From: Acidobacteriota bacterium
GTDB lineage: Bacteria > Acidobacteriota > CAIWXX01
Assembly: GCA_040755995.1 (NCBI GenBank)
Contig: JBFMAF010000020.1
Location: 32,001 to 96,000, forward strand
Reading direction: 5' to 3'
DNA: 64,000 bases
In this document: piece by piece, positions 10,465-21,442 of the stretch
Layout of the letters: every line of letters starts with the position of its first letter
Position numbering within the stretch: the stretch's first letter is position 1
Position numbers and translations under genes: made by a program
Notes under the pieces: model-generated
Told to the model about the DNA's origin: nothing
Databases searched by the model: none
The model's input: the letters and a program-made list of their open reading frames with translations, nothing else

Positions 10465-11196
10465 ATGTCAGCTTGGCTCATCGGAACCAGCGGATTCTCC
10501 TACCCGTCCTGGCGCGGCGTCTTCTATCCGCACGATCTTCCGAGCAAGGATTGGCTGGCGTTCTACCAGCGCGAGTTTTCGGCCGTTGAGCTCAATGTGA
10601 CGTTCTACCGGACGCCTCGGGAGAGCACCGTCAGCAGATGGGCCGATGCCACGGGACCCGACTTCCGGTTCGTTCTGAAGATGCCGAAGCTGATCACCCA
10701 CATCAAGCGGCTGAGCGACTGCTCATCCGAGCTCTCCCGATTCTGGGATCGCGCCGCCATGCTCGAGAAGAAGCTGGCGGCAGTCCTTGCGCAACTGCCG
10801 CCCAGTCTGAAGTTCGAGCGGGATCGGTTCAGAGGTTTCCTGGCATTGGTGCCGCGCGGATTTGCTCCCATCGGATGGGAGGCGCGTCACAAGAGCTTCA
10901 TCGAGGATCACACGATAGCGTGGTTCAGCGAGAATAGACAGAGCCTCGTCGTGGCCGACTCAGGAGGACGCTATCCGACGGTCCGTGCATTCAGCTCGGA
11001 ACCTGCATACCTGCGCTTTCACGGACCGAAGGAGCTCTACAGCTCCCGCTACACCGCAGAGCAGCTAGGCGAGTACGTCTCGTGGGTGAAGCATGACGTG
11101 CCCCCTGATGCCCCGGTTCTTGCCTTCTTCAACAACGACGCGGGAGGCCACGCGATCGTGAACGCACGACAGCTCCGCGACCTCGCGCAGACGTAG
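10465..11196 (+). CDS. DUF72 (YecE-family) protein
   Basis: IGTSGFSY..W.G.FYP, VELNVTFYR, LAQLPPS, EARH, YLRFHG, FFNND. Confidence 0.93.
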   Translation: MSAWLIGTSGFSYPSWRGVFYPHDLPSKDWLAFYQREFSAVELNVTFYRTPRESTVSRWADATGPDFRFVLKMPKLITHIKRLSDCSSELSRFWDRAAMLEKKLAAVLAQLPPSLKFERDRFRGFLALVPRGFAPIGWEARHKSFIEDHTIAWFSENRQSLVVADSGGRYPTVRAFSSEPAYLRFHGPKELYSSRYTAEQLGEYVSWVKHDVPPDAPVLAFFNNDAGGHAIVNARQLRDLAQT

Positions 11197-11217
11197 CCGA
11201 CGCTTGAGTCCAGGTCC

Positions 11218-12213
11218 TCAGAGGAACGGCCGCGACAGCTCGCCCAGAGGCGCCATCTCGTCCGCCGTGAGGCGGAAATCGGCGGCGCCGCACATCTCCT
11301 CCGCGTGGCGCGGGCGAGTCGCACCCGGAATCACTACCACGGTCTCGCCGTGGAAGTGAAGAAGCCAGTTGAGCGCGACCTGCGATGGCGTGACCCCGTT
11401 CGCGGTGGCGATCTTGCGGATCTCCTCGACCAGCGGGCGCGTCCGCGCGAGCCCGCAGCTGCGAAACAACGACATCATCCGGCGCGGCCCTGGCCGGCTC
11501 TTGATCAGGCTCGGATCCACGTGGAACTTGCCGGAGAGTATGCCCTGCCCGAGTGGTGAGTAGGCTATGACGGTGATCCCGAGCTCCTTCGCCGCGGCGA
11601 CGATCCCGTTGGACTCGACGCGCCGGTCGATCAGGCTGTACTTGACCTGGTTGGATGCCAGGGGTAGGCCGCGCTTCGCCAGGGCCGCGTGCGCGCGGCG
11701 CATGCGTGAGGCCGAGAAGTTGCTCACGCCGACGGCACGGATCTTCCGCGCCTCGACCAGGTCCGCCATGGCATCCATCTCAGCTTCGACCGTCGAGAAC
11801 GAGTACGGTTGGTGGACCTGGTGGAGGTCGATGGAGAAGCCGGCGAGGCAACGCAGTCTCTCGTCGATCGTCGTCCTGATGCTGCCGGCCGTGCGCGGCA
11901 TCGGCCACCACTTGGTGGCCACGCGCACGTCACCGTCCATCTTGCCGGCGGCCTTGAGCGCGCGCGCCAGCGCCTGCTCTGATCGCCCGCGTCCGTAAAT
12001 CTCAGCCGTGTCGAACCAGTTGATGCCGCGGTCGAGCGTGATTCGCACGATCTCGTCGACCGTCCCCTGCGGCAGGGCTTCCCAGTAGCCACCGACCAGG
12101 CCGTAGCCGCCCGAGAATTGCCAGCAGCCGAGTCCGATCGGCGTGATCTCGATACCGGTTCTCCCGAGGCGTCGCAGTTGCAGCATGGGCTTCTCCCTTC
12201 GCGTCATCTCCAC
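11218..12213 (-). CDS. Aldo/keto reductase
   Basis: LGRTG..ITPIGLG, FDTAEIYG, ATK, GVSNFS, NQVKYSL, AYSPLGQG, IPGAT. Confidence 0.93.
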   Translation of the reverse strand: MEMTRREKPMLQLRRLGRTGIEITPIGLGCWQFSGGYGLVGGYWEALPQGTVDEIVRITLDRGINWFDTAEIYGRGRSEQALARALKAAGKMDGDVRVATKWWPMPRTAGSIRTTIDERLRCLAGFSIDLHQVHQPYSFSTVEAEMDAMADLVEARKIRAVGVSNFSASRMRRAHAALAKRGLPLASNQVKYSLIDRRVESNGIVAAAKELGITVIAYSPLGQGILSGKFHVDPSLIKSRPGPRRMMSLFRSCGLARTRPLVEEIRKIATANGVTPSQVALNWLLHFHGETVVVIPGATRPRHAEEMCGAADFRLTADEMAPLGELSRPFL

Positions 12214-12442
12214 AGTATCCCCCGCCGTGAGGTGGGGTCAAGAGGCGTCACAGAATGACGGACACGACGCCTTCAGGCGCAGGACGGGTTCTCGGCTCGT
12301 TGCCGTACCTTCGCTCGTGGGCGTAGGCACGTCATGAGGTCATATAGACCAGTGCGGCCAGTGGGACGCGCTCTCTGGTACAATTGCGCACCTGGAGCGC
12401 GGGCATCGGGCCAAGAGCTGCAACTGTGGGATGAGGTTAAGG

Positions 12443-12889
12443 ATGGAAAAGAATCGCATCGATCGAGCCCTTGCGTTGTTCGCAGCCGGTTATAACTGCG
12501 CACAAGCCATCTTCACTGCCTACGCTGCGGGCGAGGAGATCCCGGAGAGGCTGGCCCTGTCGCTCCCCTCTGCCTTCGGCGGCGGCATCGCGCGGATGGG
12601 AGAGACGTGTGGAGCGGTGAGCGGCTCTTTCATGGTTATCGGCCGGCATGCGGGTAGGCTCGAAAAGGATCCGCTGATGATCAAGGAGTGCGCGTACGCG
12701 ATGGTGGAGGAGTTCGTCGACGCGTTCGCAGCGAGGCATGGCAGCATCAGGTGTCGCGACCTGTTGGGATACGACCTGAGCAACCCGGCGGACTACGCGC
12801 GGGTAAAGGCAGAAGACGTCATAGGGCAACGATGTCCGGCCTTCGTGCGATCCGCCGCCGAGGTGTTGGAGTCAGTGCTGGGGCTATAG
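12443..12889 (+). CDS. C_GCAxxG_C_C family redox-active protein
   Basis: GYNCAQA, FGGGI...TCGAVSG, SIRCRDLLG, RCPAFV. Confidence 0.9.
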   Translation: MEKNRIDRALALFAAGYNCAQAIFTAYAAGEEIPERLALSLPSAFGGGIARMGETCGAVSGSFMVIGRHAGRLEKDPLMIKECAYAMVEEFVDAFAARHGSIRCRDLLGYDLSNPADYARVKAEDVIGQRCPAFVRSAAEVLESVLGL

Positions 12890-12926
12890 CCAGCCGGGCC
12901 TTAACCATCCACGCCTCCGGGCTTCC

Positions 12927-12956
12927 TTGACAGCCGAAGGGGGCAGACACTAGACT
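12927..12956 (+). promoter_or_regulatory. Putative sigma70 promoter
   Basis: TTGACA-N18-TAGACT, about 130 nt upstream of the radical SAM gene. Confidence 0.5.
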
Positions 12957-13086
12957 GATAGGCCATGGCTACGAACGTACGGCGCGGTGATCATGGCCTG
13001 AGGCGTCTACCCGACGGCAAGCGGCTATCATTTCAGTCCGTCTCTTGTGCGGCTCGAAGTCCAATTTCTCCTGTCGGGGGTAGACC

Positions 13087-14100
13087 TTGAGATCAATACC
13101 TTTTGCCAAGGCCGTCCGGATGATCGCGCGGGGCACGTGGAGCTATTGCACGAGCCGCCCACTGGTCGTCTCTTTCGAGCTCACGCACTCGTGTACCGCT
13201 GACTGCCTCCATTGCGACAAGGGGGGGATCAAGCCGAATCCGCCCGGACTGATGCAGGCGGATGACTACCGGCGGCTCAGCCGCAAACTGAAGCCGATGG
13301 CGGTGCAGCTCTCTGGCGGTGAGCCGTTGCTTCGCAAAGACATCGAGGAGATCGTGAAGGCTGTCAAGGAACCGTACGACATGCCTTATCTGATCCTGGT
13401 CACCAATGCGCGACTGCTGACAGAGGAGAAGTATCTCAAGCTGCGTGCGCTAGGCATCGACCAGTTCTCGGTCTCGCTGGATTTCCCAGACGAGAGGCAT
13501 GACGAATTCCGTCAGTCTCCCGGCCTGTACGCCCACCTGTCAACTCTTATCCCGGCATTGGCACGGCGCGGCAACGACGACGTCGTTCTGAACACGGCTA
13601 TCACGCGCGGGAACCTCGGGGTCCTGCGGGCCAACTACGAGAGGGCGAAGGAGTGGGGCGTCTCGATCTCGTACAGCGCCTACACGCCGCTGCGCACGGG
13701 CAAGATGGAACACTACATCGACACGCCGGAGGACCTGGAACTTCTCCGACGAACACTGAACGACCTTGTCGACTTGAAGGGCCGGAACGGCCGGATCACC
13801 AACTCGGTGTGGACACTCACGGGCACCTACGATTTCTTCGCACAGGGCAGCATCCCAGGATGCACGGCAGGGCGTCGGTTCCTGGTCGTGAATCCGGATG
13901 GAACGCTCCGGCCGTGCTCCATGTACGAGCTGTCATACGACTCGCAGAAGCAGATCCTGAAGGAGTTCGTCCCGTCGAACACCTGCGGTAAATGCTACGT
14001 GTCGATCCGCGCCTATCTCGACGCGAATTACGGGACTCTGCTGATGGACAACGTCCGCCAGCGAGTCGTCCCGCGCAACGGCAACTCGAAGAGCTGCTAG
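13087..14100 (+). CDS. Radical SAM protein with SPASM/twitch-like C-terminal Cys cluster
   Basis: CTADCLHC, SGGEPLLR, VTN, SVSLD, HDEFR, CTAG...DG..RPC, CGKC. Confidence 0.9.
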   Translation: MRSIPFAKAVRMIARGTWSYCTSRPLVVSFELTHSCTADCLHCDKGGIKPNPPGLMQADDYRRLSRKLKPMAVQLSGGEPLLRKDIEEIVKAVKEPYDMPYLILVTNARLLTEEKYLKLRALGIDQFSVSLDFPDERHDEFRQSPGLYAHLSTLIPALARRGNDDVVLNTAITRGNLGVLRANYERAKEWGVSISYSAYTPLRTGKMEHYIDTPEDLELLRRTLNDLVDLKGRNGRITNSVWTLTGTYDFFAQGSIPGCTAGRRFLVVNPDGTLRPCSMYELSYDSQKQILKEFVPSNTCGKCYVSIRAYLDANYGTLLMDNVRQRVVPRNGNSKSC

Positions 14101-14103
14101 CTC

Positions 14104-14132
14104 TCTGATCCGGCTCTCTTCTGCGGATCAGA
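14104..14132. terminator. Hairpin between convergent genes
   Basis: TCTGATCCG-N11-CGGATCAGA. Confidence 0.5.
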
Positions 14133-14137
14133 CTATC

Positions 14138-15754
14138 CTATCGGCCGGCGCGCAACTTGCTGTGCCGGACGCCGTAGCAGAAGTAGATCAAGAGGCCGAT
14201 GGCGAGCCAGAGGAAGAAGCGGATCCACGTGATCAACGGCAGCCCGAGCATCAGGTAGATGCAGAAGGCTATCCCGAGCACAGGCACGTAGGGCGACCAG
14301 GGCGTCCTGAACGGACGCGGGCGATTGGGCTCGGTGTGGCGGAGAACGAGGATCCCTGCGCATACCAGAACGAATGCGAAGAGGGTGCCGATGTTGGTGA
14401 GTTCCACCGCCTCGTTGATATCGACAAAGCCGGCGAAGAACGCGACGAAAACCCCGGTCAGAATCGTGGTGACGTGCGGGGTCCTGAACCGCGGGTGCAC
14501 CCTGGCGAAACTGGGTGGCAGCAGTCCGTCGCGGGACATGGAGAAGAAGATGCGCGGTTGGCCGAGCTGAAAGACGAGGAGCACGGCGGTCATCGATGCG
14601 ACCGCGCCGAACGAGATGATCCCGGCGGCCCAATCCAGATGGATGATCCTCATCGCGAGCGCCAGGGGTTCCGCCACACCGAGGCGGTCGTACTTCACGA
14701 TTCCCGTCAACACCACGGCTACGCCGATGTAGAGGATTGTGCAGATGATCAGAGACGCGATCATCCCGATCGGCATGTCGCGTTGCGGGTTTCGAGCCTC
14801 CTCGGCCGTGGTCGAGACGGCATCGAAGCCGATGTATGCAAAGAACACGAGTGCTGCGCCGGTCCAGACTCCGGTCCAGCCGTTGGGAGCGAACGGCGAC
14901 CAGTGCTCGGGCTTCACGTAGAACGCGCCCACTGCGATGAACCCGATCACCACGACCAGCTTCAGCGCCACCATGAGGCTGTTGACCCGGGCGCTCTCCT
15001 TGATGCCGATCACGAGGAGCACCGTCAGGAGCGCCACGATGGCGATTGCGGGCAGGTTGAAAGCCAGGTGGAATCCAAAGAGGTGCGGCGCACGCAGCAG
15101 TTCGCCCGCCTGCTGAAGGCCGTCGACGGTCGAAGTCAGCTGCGCGGCGTCAAGGCCGAATCGCCCGGGGTCCGCCTGGACCGCCGAGACCAAGCGAGGA
15201 ATATCGCCTGCTGTGACCGAGGCCGGTGCCAGCTCCAGAACCTTCGAACCCCATACGGCAGCAAGCTCCTTCAGCCGATGCGCCGTCCGTATGTCCACGC
15301 ACATCCAGAGCGGTATGTGGATGTGGAGGCCGGCGAGTAGCTGGCGGAAGTAGCCGGCCCAGCTCACCGCGACCGCCACGTTCCCTACTGCGTACTCCAG
15401 GATCAAGTCCCATCCGATCACCCACGCGATCAGCTCGCCGAGGGTGGCGTAGGAATATGTGTACGCGCTGCCTGCGATAGGGATCATCGAAGCGAACTCG
15501 GCGTAGCATAGCGCGCAGAAACCGCAGACCAGAGCAGTGAAGACATAGGAGATCACAAGCGCGGGGCCCGCGCCAAGATGGCTCGCGCCGCCTGCGGCGG
15601 CGGTGCCGGTGGTTGCGAAAATGCCCGCTCCGATGATGGCGCCGATCCCGAGCGCGGTGATATCGACCGCCCCCAGGCTGCGCTTGAGCTTCGTCTTCTC
15701 CTCGCTGGCCGATGCCTCGAGTTCCTCGATGGGTTTCGTACGGAATAGATGCAC
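14138..15754 (-). CDS. APC-family amino acid permease
   Basis: GIGAIIGAGIF, CYAEFASMIPIAGSAYTY, FFAYIGFDAVST.AEE. Confidence 0.95.
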   Translation of the reverse strand: MHLFRTKPIEELEASASEEKTKLKRSLGAVDITALGIGAIIGAGIFATTGTAAAGGASHLGAGPALVISYVFTALVCGFCALCYAEFASMIPIAGSAYTYSYATLGELIAWVIGWDLILEYAVGNVAVAVSWAGYFRQLLAGLHIHIPLWMCVDIRTAHRLKELAAVWGSKVLELAPASVTAGDIPRLVSAVQADPGRFGLDAAQLTSTVDGLQQAGELLRAPHLFGFHLAFNLPAIAIVALLTVLLVIGIKESARVNSLMVALKLVVVIGFIAVGAFYVKPEHWSPFAPNGWTGVWTGAALVFFAYIGFDAVSTTAEEARNPQRDMPIGMIASLIICTILYIGVAVVLTGIVKYDRLGVAEPLALAMRIIHLDWAAGIISFGAVASMTAVLLVFQLGQPRIFFSMSRDGLLPPSFARVHPRFRTPHVTTILTGVFVAFFAGFVDINEAVELTNIGTLFAFVLVCAGILVLRHTEPNRPRPFRTPWSPYVPVLGIAFCIYLMLGLPLITWIRFFLWLAIGLLIYFCYGVRHSKLRAGR

Positions 15755-15925
15755 GGTACCCCCTTCTGAACGACCCGTGCATCATCTATTCGGCGGCCCC
15801 AGGCTGTCAAGAAGAAAGGGGCAAGGGGAAGGGGGGAGTGTGAATGGCGAGGGCCATTCGACACAGGTGTGATGCATTGGAAGCTGTTCGCCGGTATAAT
15901 TGCTAGCGACGAAACGGAGGGTCTG

Positions 15926-16555
15926 ATGCAAAAGAGCTACTTCGCGCTCGGGTGCGGGTTCGTGGTCATCGTCGGCCTGCTGATCGGCCTCATCATTGCC
16001 GGCAGCGTGTGGAGTGCCCGCGGGAACCTGGTTGAGAAGCAACAGGCGGTGAAGTCGGCCTGGGGCCAGGTCGAGAATGTGTATCAGCGCCGAATGGACC
16101 TCATCCCGAACCTGGTCGAGGTCGTGAAGCGATATGCTGCACACGAGAGCACAGTGTTCACGCAGGTGGCGGAGGCTCGGGCGGGCGCTGGGAGGATCCA
16201 GATCAGCCCCGAGGCGTTGGGCAATCCGGAGCTGCTCGCGCAGTATCAGAAGGCGCAGGGCGAGCTCTCTTCGGCACTGACTCGCCTGCTTGCCGTCTCG
16301 GAGAGCTACCCGGAGCTGAAGGCGAACGAGAACTTCCGCGACCTCCAGGTGCAGCTCGAAGGGACCGAGAACCGAATCGCCGTCGAACGCATGCGGTACA
16401 ACGAAGTCGTGCAGGCCTACAACACTTACCGAAACAAGAGCATGTTCGCGATGCTGGCGGGTGCCATCTTCGGCTACGACCGCGAGAAGGCCTACTTCAA
16501 GGCCGACGAAGGTGCGCAGAAGGCCCCTGACGTTGGCAAGATTTTCGACGACTAG
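15926..16555 (+). CDS. lemA: LemA family protein
   Basis: GGAGG RBS; WGQVENVYQRRMDLIPNLV, YPELKANENF, LEGTENRIAVER. Confidence 0.95.
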   Translation: MQKSYFALGCGFVVIVGLLIGLIIAGSVWSARGNLVEKQQAVKSAWGQVENVYQRRMDLIPNLVEVVKRYAAHESTVFTQVAEARAGAGRIQISPEALGNPELLAQYQKAQGELSSALTRLLAVSESYPELKANENFRDLQVQLEGTENRIAVERMRYNEVVQAYNTYRNKSMFAMLAGAIFGYDREKAYFKADEGAQKAPDVGKIFDD

Positions 16556-16599
16556 ACGGTGCCCAGCACGGTATCGGAGGTCCGGACTGAAGTGAGACC

Positions 16600-17487
16600 G
16601 TGGCGATGAGACTCGGCGCTCTTGCAGGCCTGGCGACGATCATCATCACCGCCGTGCCTGCCCAGGCTCTCGACGTCCCACCACTCACGGGCCGTGTCGT
16701 CGACCTCGCCGGGGCCATGCCTGACGACCGGAAAGCTGCGCTTTCGCAGCGACTGGCGAACTTCGAAGCGACGGACTCGACTCAAGTCGTCGTGCTGACG
16801 ATTCCGAGCCTGGAGGGTGAGCCGATCGAGTCGTACTCGATGCGCGTGGCCGAGGCCTGGAAGATCGGGCACCAGGGGAGCGACAACGGAGTGATCCTGC
16901 TGCTGGCGATGCAGGAGCGCGAGATACGGATCGAAGTCGGGTACGGACTCGAGGGACGCCTGCCGGACATCACTGCCGGCAAGATCATCCGCAACGACAT
17001 CGTGCCGCGATTCAAGGAAGGCGACTACGCCGGCGGAATCGAGCAGGGGGTCGACGGGATCGTCGCCTCGGTCAAGGGCGAGTACAAGGGAACGGGCCAG
17101 CCCACAGGCAGCCTCAGCAATGAATCGCCCGGTGCCGGCCTGTTCATCTTCGCCGCGTTTACTCTCATCTTCGCCGCCGTCGGCGCGGCATTCAAGCGCA
17201 TCCTCGGAGGCGGCATCGCCGCAGTCGCATGGCTCATCGGTGGGTTCATCTTCCTCGGAGCGGCCAGCTGGCTGTTGATCCTGCTGCTATGCCCCGTCCT
17301 GTTCGGCGCCGGGATGCTCTCGCCCGAAATACTCCGAGCCGCGGCCAGCGGCAGTCGCGTTTCCTCGGGCCGATCGTACCGGAGCAGCGGAGGATTCTCG
17401 AGCGGGGGCGGCTTCTCGAGCGGCGGAGGAGGGTTCTCGGGCGGAGGAGGCAGGTTCGGAGGCGGAGGAGCATCCGGGAAGTGGTGA
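16600..17487 (+). CDS. TPM domain (DUF477) membrane protein
   Basis: VVDLAG, WKIG...DNGVILL, RIEVGYGLEG.LPD, Gly-rich tail GGGASGKW. Confidence 0.95.
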   Translation: MAMRLGALAGLATIIITAVPAQALDVPPLTGRVVDLAGAMPDDRKAALSQRLANFEATDSTQVVVLTIPSLEGEPIESYSMRVAEAWKIGHQGSDNGVILLLAMQEREIRIEVGYGLEGRLPDITAGKIIRNDIVPRFKEGDYAGGIEQGVDGIVASVKGEYKGTGQPTGSLSNESPGAGLFIFAAFTLIFAAVGAAFKRILGGGIAAVAWLIGGFIFLGAASWLLILLLCPVLFGAGMLSPEILRAAASGSRVSSGRSYRSSGGFSSGGGFSSGGGGFSGGGGRFGGGGASGKW

Positions 17488-17488
17488 C

Positions 17489-18121
17489 ATGAAGGTGTCA
17501 AGGCTGTTCAGCGAAGACGAGACCAAGCGCGTCAATGACGCGATCGCGTCTGCAGAGGAGAAGACATCCGGCGAGATAATCCCCGTGGTGGTCCCACAGA
17601 GCAGTGACTACCGCGAGGTCGCTTACCTCGGCGGGCTCGCCGGCGCGCTGGTAACGTATTTCGTGGCCATCTACCTTACTCGCGTGGACTCGCCGTCGCG
17701 CGTGCTGCTCACACTGGCCGCCGGCTACATCGCGGGCCTCCTCGCATCGAGAATCCCGGCGATCAAGCGCCTGCTGATCGGACGCCAATTCAGCGAGGAC
17801 GAGGTCTGGCGCCGCGCCGCGCTCGAGTTCCACCTCAACCGCGCCCACCGGACCTCCGCGCACACCGGCATCATCATCCTCCTCAGCCTCCTGGAAAGGA
17901 CCGTCGTCGTCTACGGAGACCAACCGATTGCTGAGAAGGTGAGGCAGGAGGAGTGGGACGGGGCCAGAGACGCAATCGTAGACGGAATCCGCGGCGGGCA
18001 GGCAGCCGAAGGACTTGCCGCCGGCATCGCGAGATGCGGCGAAATTCTCGCAATGCATTTCCCGATCCAGCGGGGCGACCAGAACGAGCTCCCGAATCGA
18101 CTGGTGCTTCGCGACTCATAG
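17489..18121 (+). CDS. TPM-like membrane protein (LemA operon partner)
   Basis: AEEKTSGEI, T..HTGIIILLS..ER, DQNELPN. Confidence 0.9.
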   Translation: MKVSRLFSEDETKRVNDAIASAEEKTSGEIIPVVVPQSSDYREVAYLGGLAGALVTYFVAIYLTRVDSPSRVLLTLAAGYIAGLLASRIPAIKRLLIGRQFSEDEVWRRAALEFHLNRAHRTSAHTGIIILLSLLERTVVVYGDQPIAEKVRQEEWDGARDAIVDGIRGGQAAEGLAAGIARCGEILAMHFPIQRGDQNELPNRLVLRDS

Positions 18122-18221
18122 AGGGCGAGGGCACCGCCGATCCCGGCCGTCGGTTCTGTTCCGAGAGCCGCACGGCGTACGACGCGCTGCCTGCGCGATG
18201 AGCGCGGGCACGGAGTCGCTA

Positions 18222-19425
18222 CTATTGGCCGGCGGACAAGGCCGACGAGACCTTTCTCGCGACCAGCTCGAAGCCTTTCCCGCGCGCCTGCTTCTCAAGC
18301 TGCTCCAGACGGCTCCGTCCAGCCGCGTTCTTCCCCGATGACAGCTCGATCATGCCCAGCACAAGCTCCAGATCGAACTTCTCGCTGGCGGTCCCGCGCT
18401 TCCTCACCACGGGTGTGAGCCGTGCTGTCAATCGGGTCGCCTCGCCCAGCCTGCCGGTACGGGCCAGGAGGCGCGACGCGTTGATGAAGGCCCCGAGGCT
18501 CAGCGAACCCTGATCGATTCGCGCCGCCAGGCCGGCGATACGGTCAAGGGCGCTGGCCAGTTCGTCGGTCTTGTGCTGTGCCAGAAGCGCTTCTGCAAGC
18601 ACCGACAGTCCCGAAGCCTCGAGGTCCGAGTTCCCTGCCCTTTCCGCATCGCCCGCGACCACTCGACCGACCTTCTCGGCCTCCGCGAAGCGGCCTTCAT
18701 CATTGTCGATGGTCGCGAGCTTGATCTGACAGTCGGCGGCACTGCCGGTATCGCCCATGGTGGTGAGGGCCGCCAGTGCCTCCTGGAAGTACCTCCGCGC
18801 CTCGCCGGTCTTGCCCTGGTGGAGCATGACAGTACCCAACCCGATGGATGTCCCCGCCCAGAACTCGCGATCCCCGCTCTCCTGCGTCAGAGCGCGTGCC
18901 TCGGTGTACACCCGTGATGCGGCCTCCAGGTCTCCCCGATTCAACGGATGCGAGCTGGGTGATGATCGGAAGTGCATCACTCTCGGTCACGCAGCCCTGC
19001 CGGCGGAGACGTGCACGGAGGGTTTCGCCGCGGAGCATCTCCATGCTCAGGAACGGAATGTCGATCGGCTGTCCGGTTCGAGGGTGCGTTGTCCGTTGAT
19101 GGCCGACGTCGAAAATACGGCAGATGTTCGGATGCGTCACGCGCCTGGCAAGCTGGACCTCGCGCTTGAATCGTTCCACGGCGCCAGGATCGCTTGCGAG
19201 ATCGGGGTGTATGAGCTTGATCGCGACCTGCTCGTGCAGTTCAGAGTCTTCCGCTTCGTAGACCTGGCCCATCCCGCCTTCGGCCAGGAAACGGGTGATC
19301 CTGTAGCGGTCGGCCAGGAGCGTGCCCACTTGCAGGAACGGCGGATTGCCGCCGATGGGCTCTGATCCCCCAGTGCGGGCGCGCTCGTCCGGGTAGGTGT
19401 TGCTGGGCGGCATCCCTTCACTCAC
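18222..19425 (-). pseudogene. Hanks-type Ser/Thr kinase-TPR protein with large internal deletion
   Basis: N-lobe GGMGQVY, VAIK, REVQLA..VTHPNI, SMEML stops before HRDLK/DFG. It joins near 18947, out of frame, to TPR-like helices ending ARGKGFELVARK. Confidence 0.8.
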
Positions 19426-19437
19426 AAGATGACCCGG

Positions 19438-21081
19438 CTACGGGCGAATCACCATCCAGGTGAACGGCGGGACATAGGCCTGGAGGAAAACCAGCAGGCC
19501 GACGAGGGCGGCCAGCGCAAGGCTGTGTAGAAAGACGAACTTGAGGATGTCTCCTTCGTGGCCATACCACTTCGTGGCCGTGCTGGCCACGACGATACTC
19601 TGCGCGTCGATCATCTTGCCCATGACGCCGCCGGAGCTGTTAGCTGCGGCCATGAGAGTAGGGGAGAGCCCGAGTTGTGTGGCCGATATCTTCTGCAGGC
19701 CGCCGAAGAGCACGTTGGACGAGGTGTCTGACCCGGTGAGTGCCACGCCGAGCCAGCCCAGCAGGGTGCCGAAGAACGGATAGAGCACGCCGGTCCGCGA
19801 GAAGGCCAGACCGAGCGTGGCGTCCAGTCCGGTGTATCGTGACACGTAGCCCAGGGCCAGCATGCACGCGACGGTCAGGAGCGAGTATCGCACGCGCTTG
19901 ATGGTAGCCCAGTATGTGCGCGCGATCTCGATGGGGCGGTATCCGATGAGGAACGCCGAGATGAGCGCTGCGACGAGCAGCCCTGTGCCTGTCGCGGACA
20001 GCCAGTTGAGTGTGTAGACGGCGTCCTCCGGTGTGGAGTGCGTCACAACCGGGGGCGTGCGCAGAACCATCTGGTCGAGGCCAGGCACGCGAAGCCTGAC
20101 CGCCGAGACGTGATCAAGGAATGCCTTGACAATCGGCAGGCCCCAGATGAACACGACGACGCTGAGGATGATCCATGGGAGCCACGCCTTGAGCACTGCG
20201 CGCCTCGAATGAACCGGAGTACGAGGAGCTGACCTGTCGGCCGGCTTTCCATCCACTCCCCAGATCTCCTTCGGTCGCCACATCCGCAAGAATCCGACGA
20301 GTGCACCCATCGAGATCAACGAGGCGATCACGTCCACCAGCCAGGGGCCGTGAAGGTTCGATACGAGAAGCTGCGGAATGGCGAACGCAGCCCCGGCCAC
20401 GAGAACGGCGGGCCAGATCCCGCTGAGCCCCTTGACCCCCGCGTATGCCCAGATGAGCCAGAACGGAACCAGCAGTGAGAAGAAGGGCAGCTGCCGTCCG
20501 ACCATGGCGCTCAGCTCAGAGATCGGCAAGCCTGTGATTCCTGCCAATGCGATGATGGGCGTCCCGAGCGCTCCGAAAGCCACCGGAGCCGTGTTGGCCA
20601 GAAGCGAAAACCCTGAGGCGGCCAGCGGTGGGAAGCCGAGTCCGATGAGATTCGCCGCGGTGACGGCGACCGGCGTTCCGAAGCCCGCCGCCCCCTCGAA
20701 GAAAGCCCCGAAGCAGAACGCAACCAGCAGCAGCTGCAGCCGGCTGTCGCAAGTGACACGGGTCAGGCTGTCACGGAGAACACCGAAGAGGCCTCTCTGA
20801 TCCGTGAGATTGTACAGGAACACAACGTTGAGAATGATCCAGCCGATTGGCAGCAGCCCGTAGCCCGCCCCCATCAACGCTGCCCGCGCGGCCATCCCGA
20901 CCGGCATGCCGAATCCAAGCGTGGCGACGAGCAGCGCAGCCACGAGCCCCGAAATCGAAGCCCAGTGTGCTCGCACACGCAGCAGCGCAAGCGATCCGAG
21001 GAGGACCAGAATCGGAACGCCAGCCACGACCGTCGAAAGCGGCCACGATTGAAACGGATCGTAGTTCTGGGTCCATGCCAT
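19438..21081 (-). CDS. lctP: L-lactate/glycolate permease
   Basis: [56 protein letters not shown]. Confidence 0.95.
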   Translation of the reverse strand: MAWTQNYDPFQSWPLSTVVAGVPILVLLGSLALLRVRAHWASISGLVAALLVATLGFGMPVGMAARAALMGAGYGLLPIGWIILNVVFLYNLTDQRGLFGVLRDSLTRVTCDSRLQLLLVAFCFGAFFEGAAGFGTPVAVTAANLIGLGFPPLAASGFSLLANTAPVAFGALGTPIIALAGITGLPISELSAMVGRQLPFFSLLVPFWLIWAYAGVKGLSGIWPAVLVAGAAFAIPQLLVSNLHGPWLVDVIASLISMGALVGFLRMWRPKEIWGVDGKPADRSAPRTPVHSRRAVLKAWLPWIILSVVVFIWGLPIVKAFLDHVSAVRLRVPGLDQMVLRTPPVVTHSTPEDAVYTLNWLSATGTGLLVAALISAFLIGYRPIEIARTYWATIKRVRYSLLTVACMLALGYVSRYTGLDATLGLAFSRTGVLYPFFGTLLGWLGVALTGSDTSSNVLFGGLQKISATQLGLSPTLMAAANSSGGVMGKMIDAQSIVVASTATKWYGHEGDILKFVFLHSLALAALVGLLVFLQAYVPPFTWMVIRP

Positions 21082-21153
21082 TGCTTGCCTCACGATATGG
21101 AAGACGCCTGCGTCTCCGTGAGATCAGGCCGGTTCACCGACGTGGAGCTGGTT

Positions 21154-21176
21154 GCTCATTTGACCTTTCCATTATA
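21154..21176 (-). promoter_or_regulatory. -10 box plus adjacent near-palindrome upstream of lctP
   Basis: Minus strand TATAAT (21171-21176) followed by GGTCA-AA-TGAGC (21154-21165). Confidence 0.4.
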
Positions 21177-21442
21177 CGCATCCGTGCGCCGTTCCGTCCA
21201 TGCGCCAGTGCGTTCGAGGCGGCGTGAGCACGTTTCGCGCACTCTTGATGCACGTGTCTATCAACACAAGTACGCCGCCGTTGGATCACGGCCGTGACCT
21301 TGACCTGGCGGTCCAGCTTGACACGGAGGCTGACGATAGGTACATGATGCATTCGAGGTTCAGATGCTCTCGCGGCTGGCCGCAGGTTGCCTTGCAGTGC
21401 CCGTGAATCCAGTTCGACTCGCCCGCGCCAGGGAGGGAATCA

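Noticed and set aside
15926..18121. LemA-TPM-TPM as a novel system
   Set aside because: Well-known, widely conserved operon
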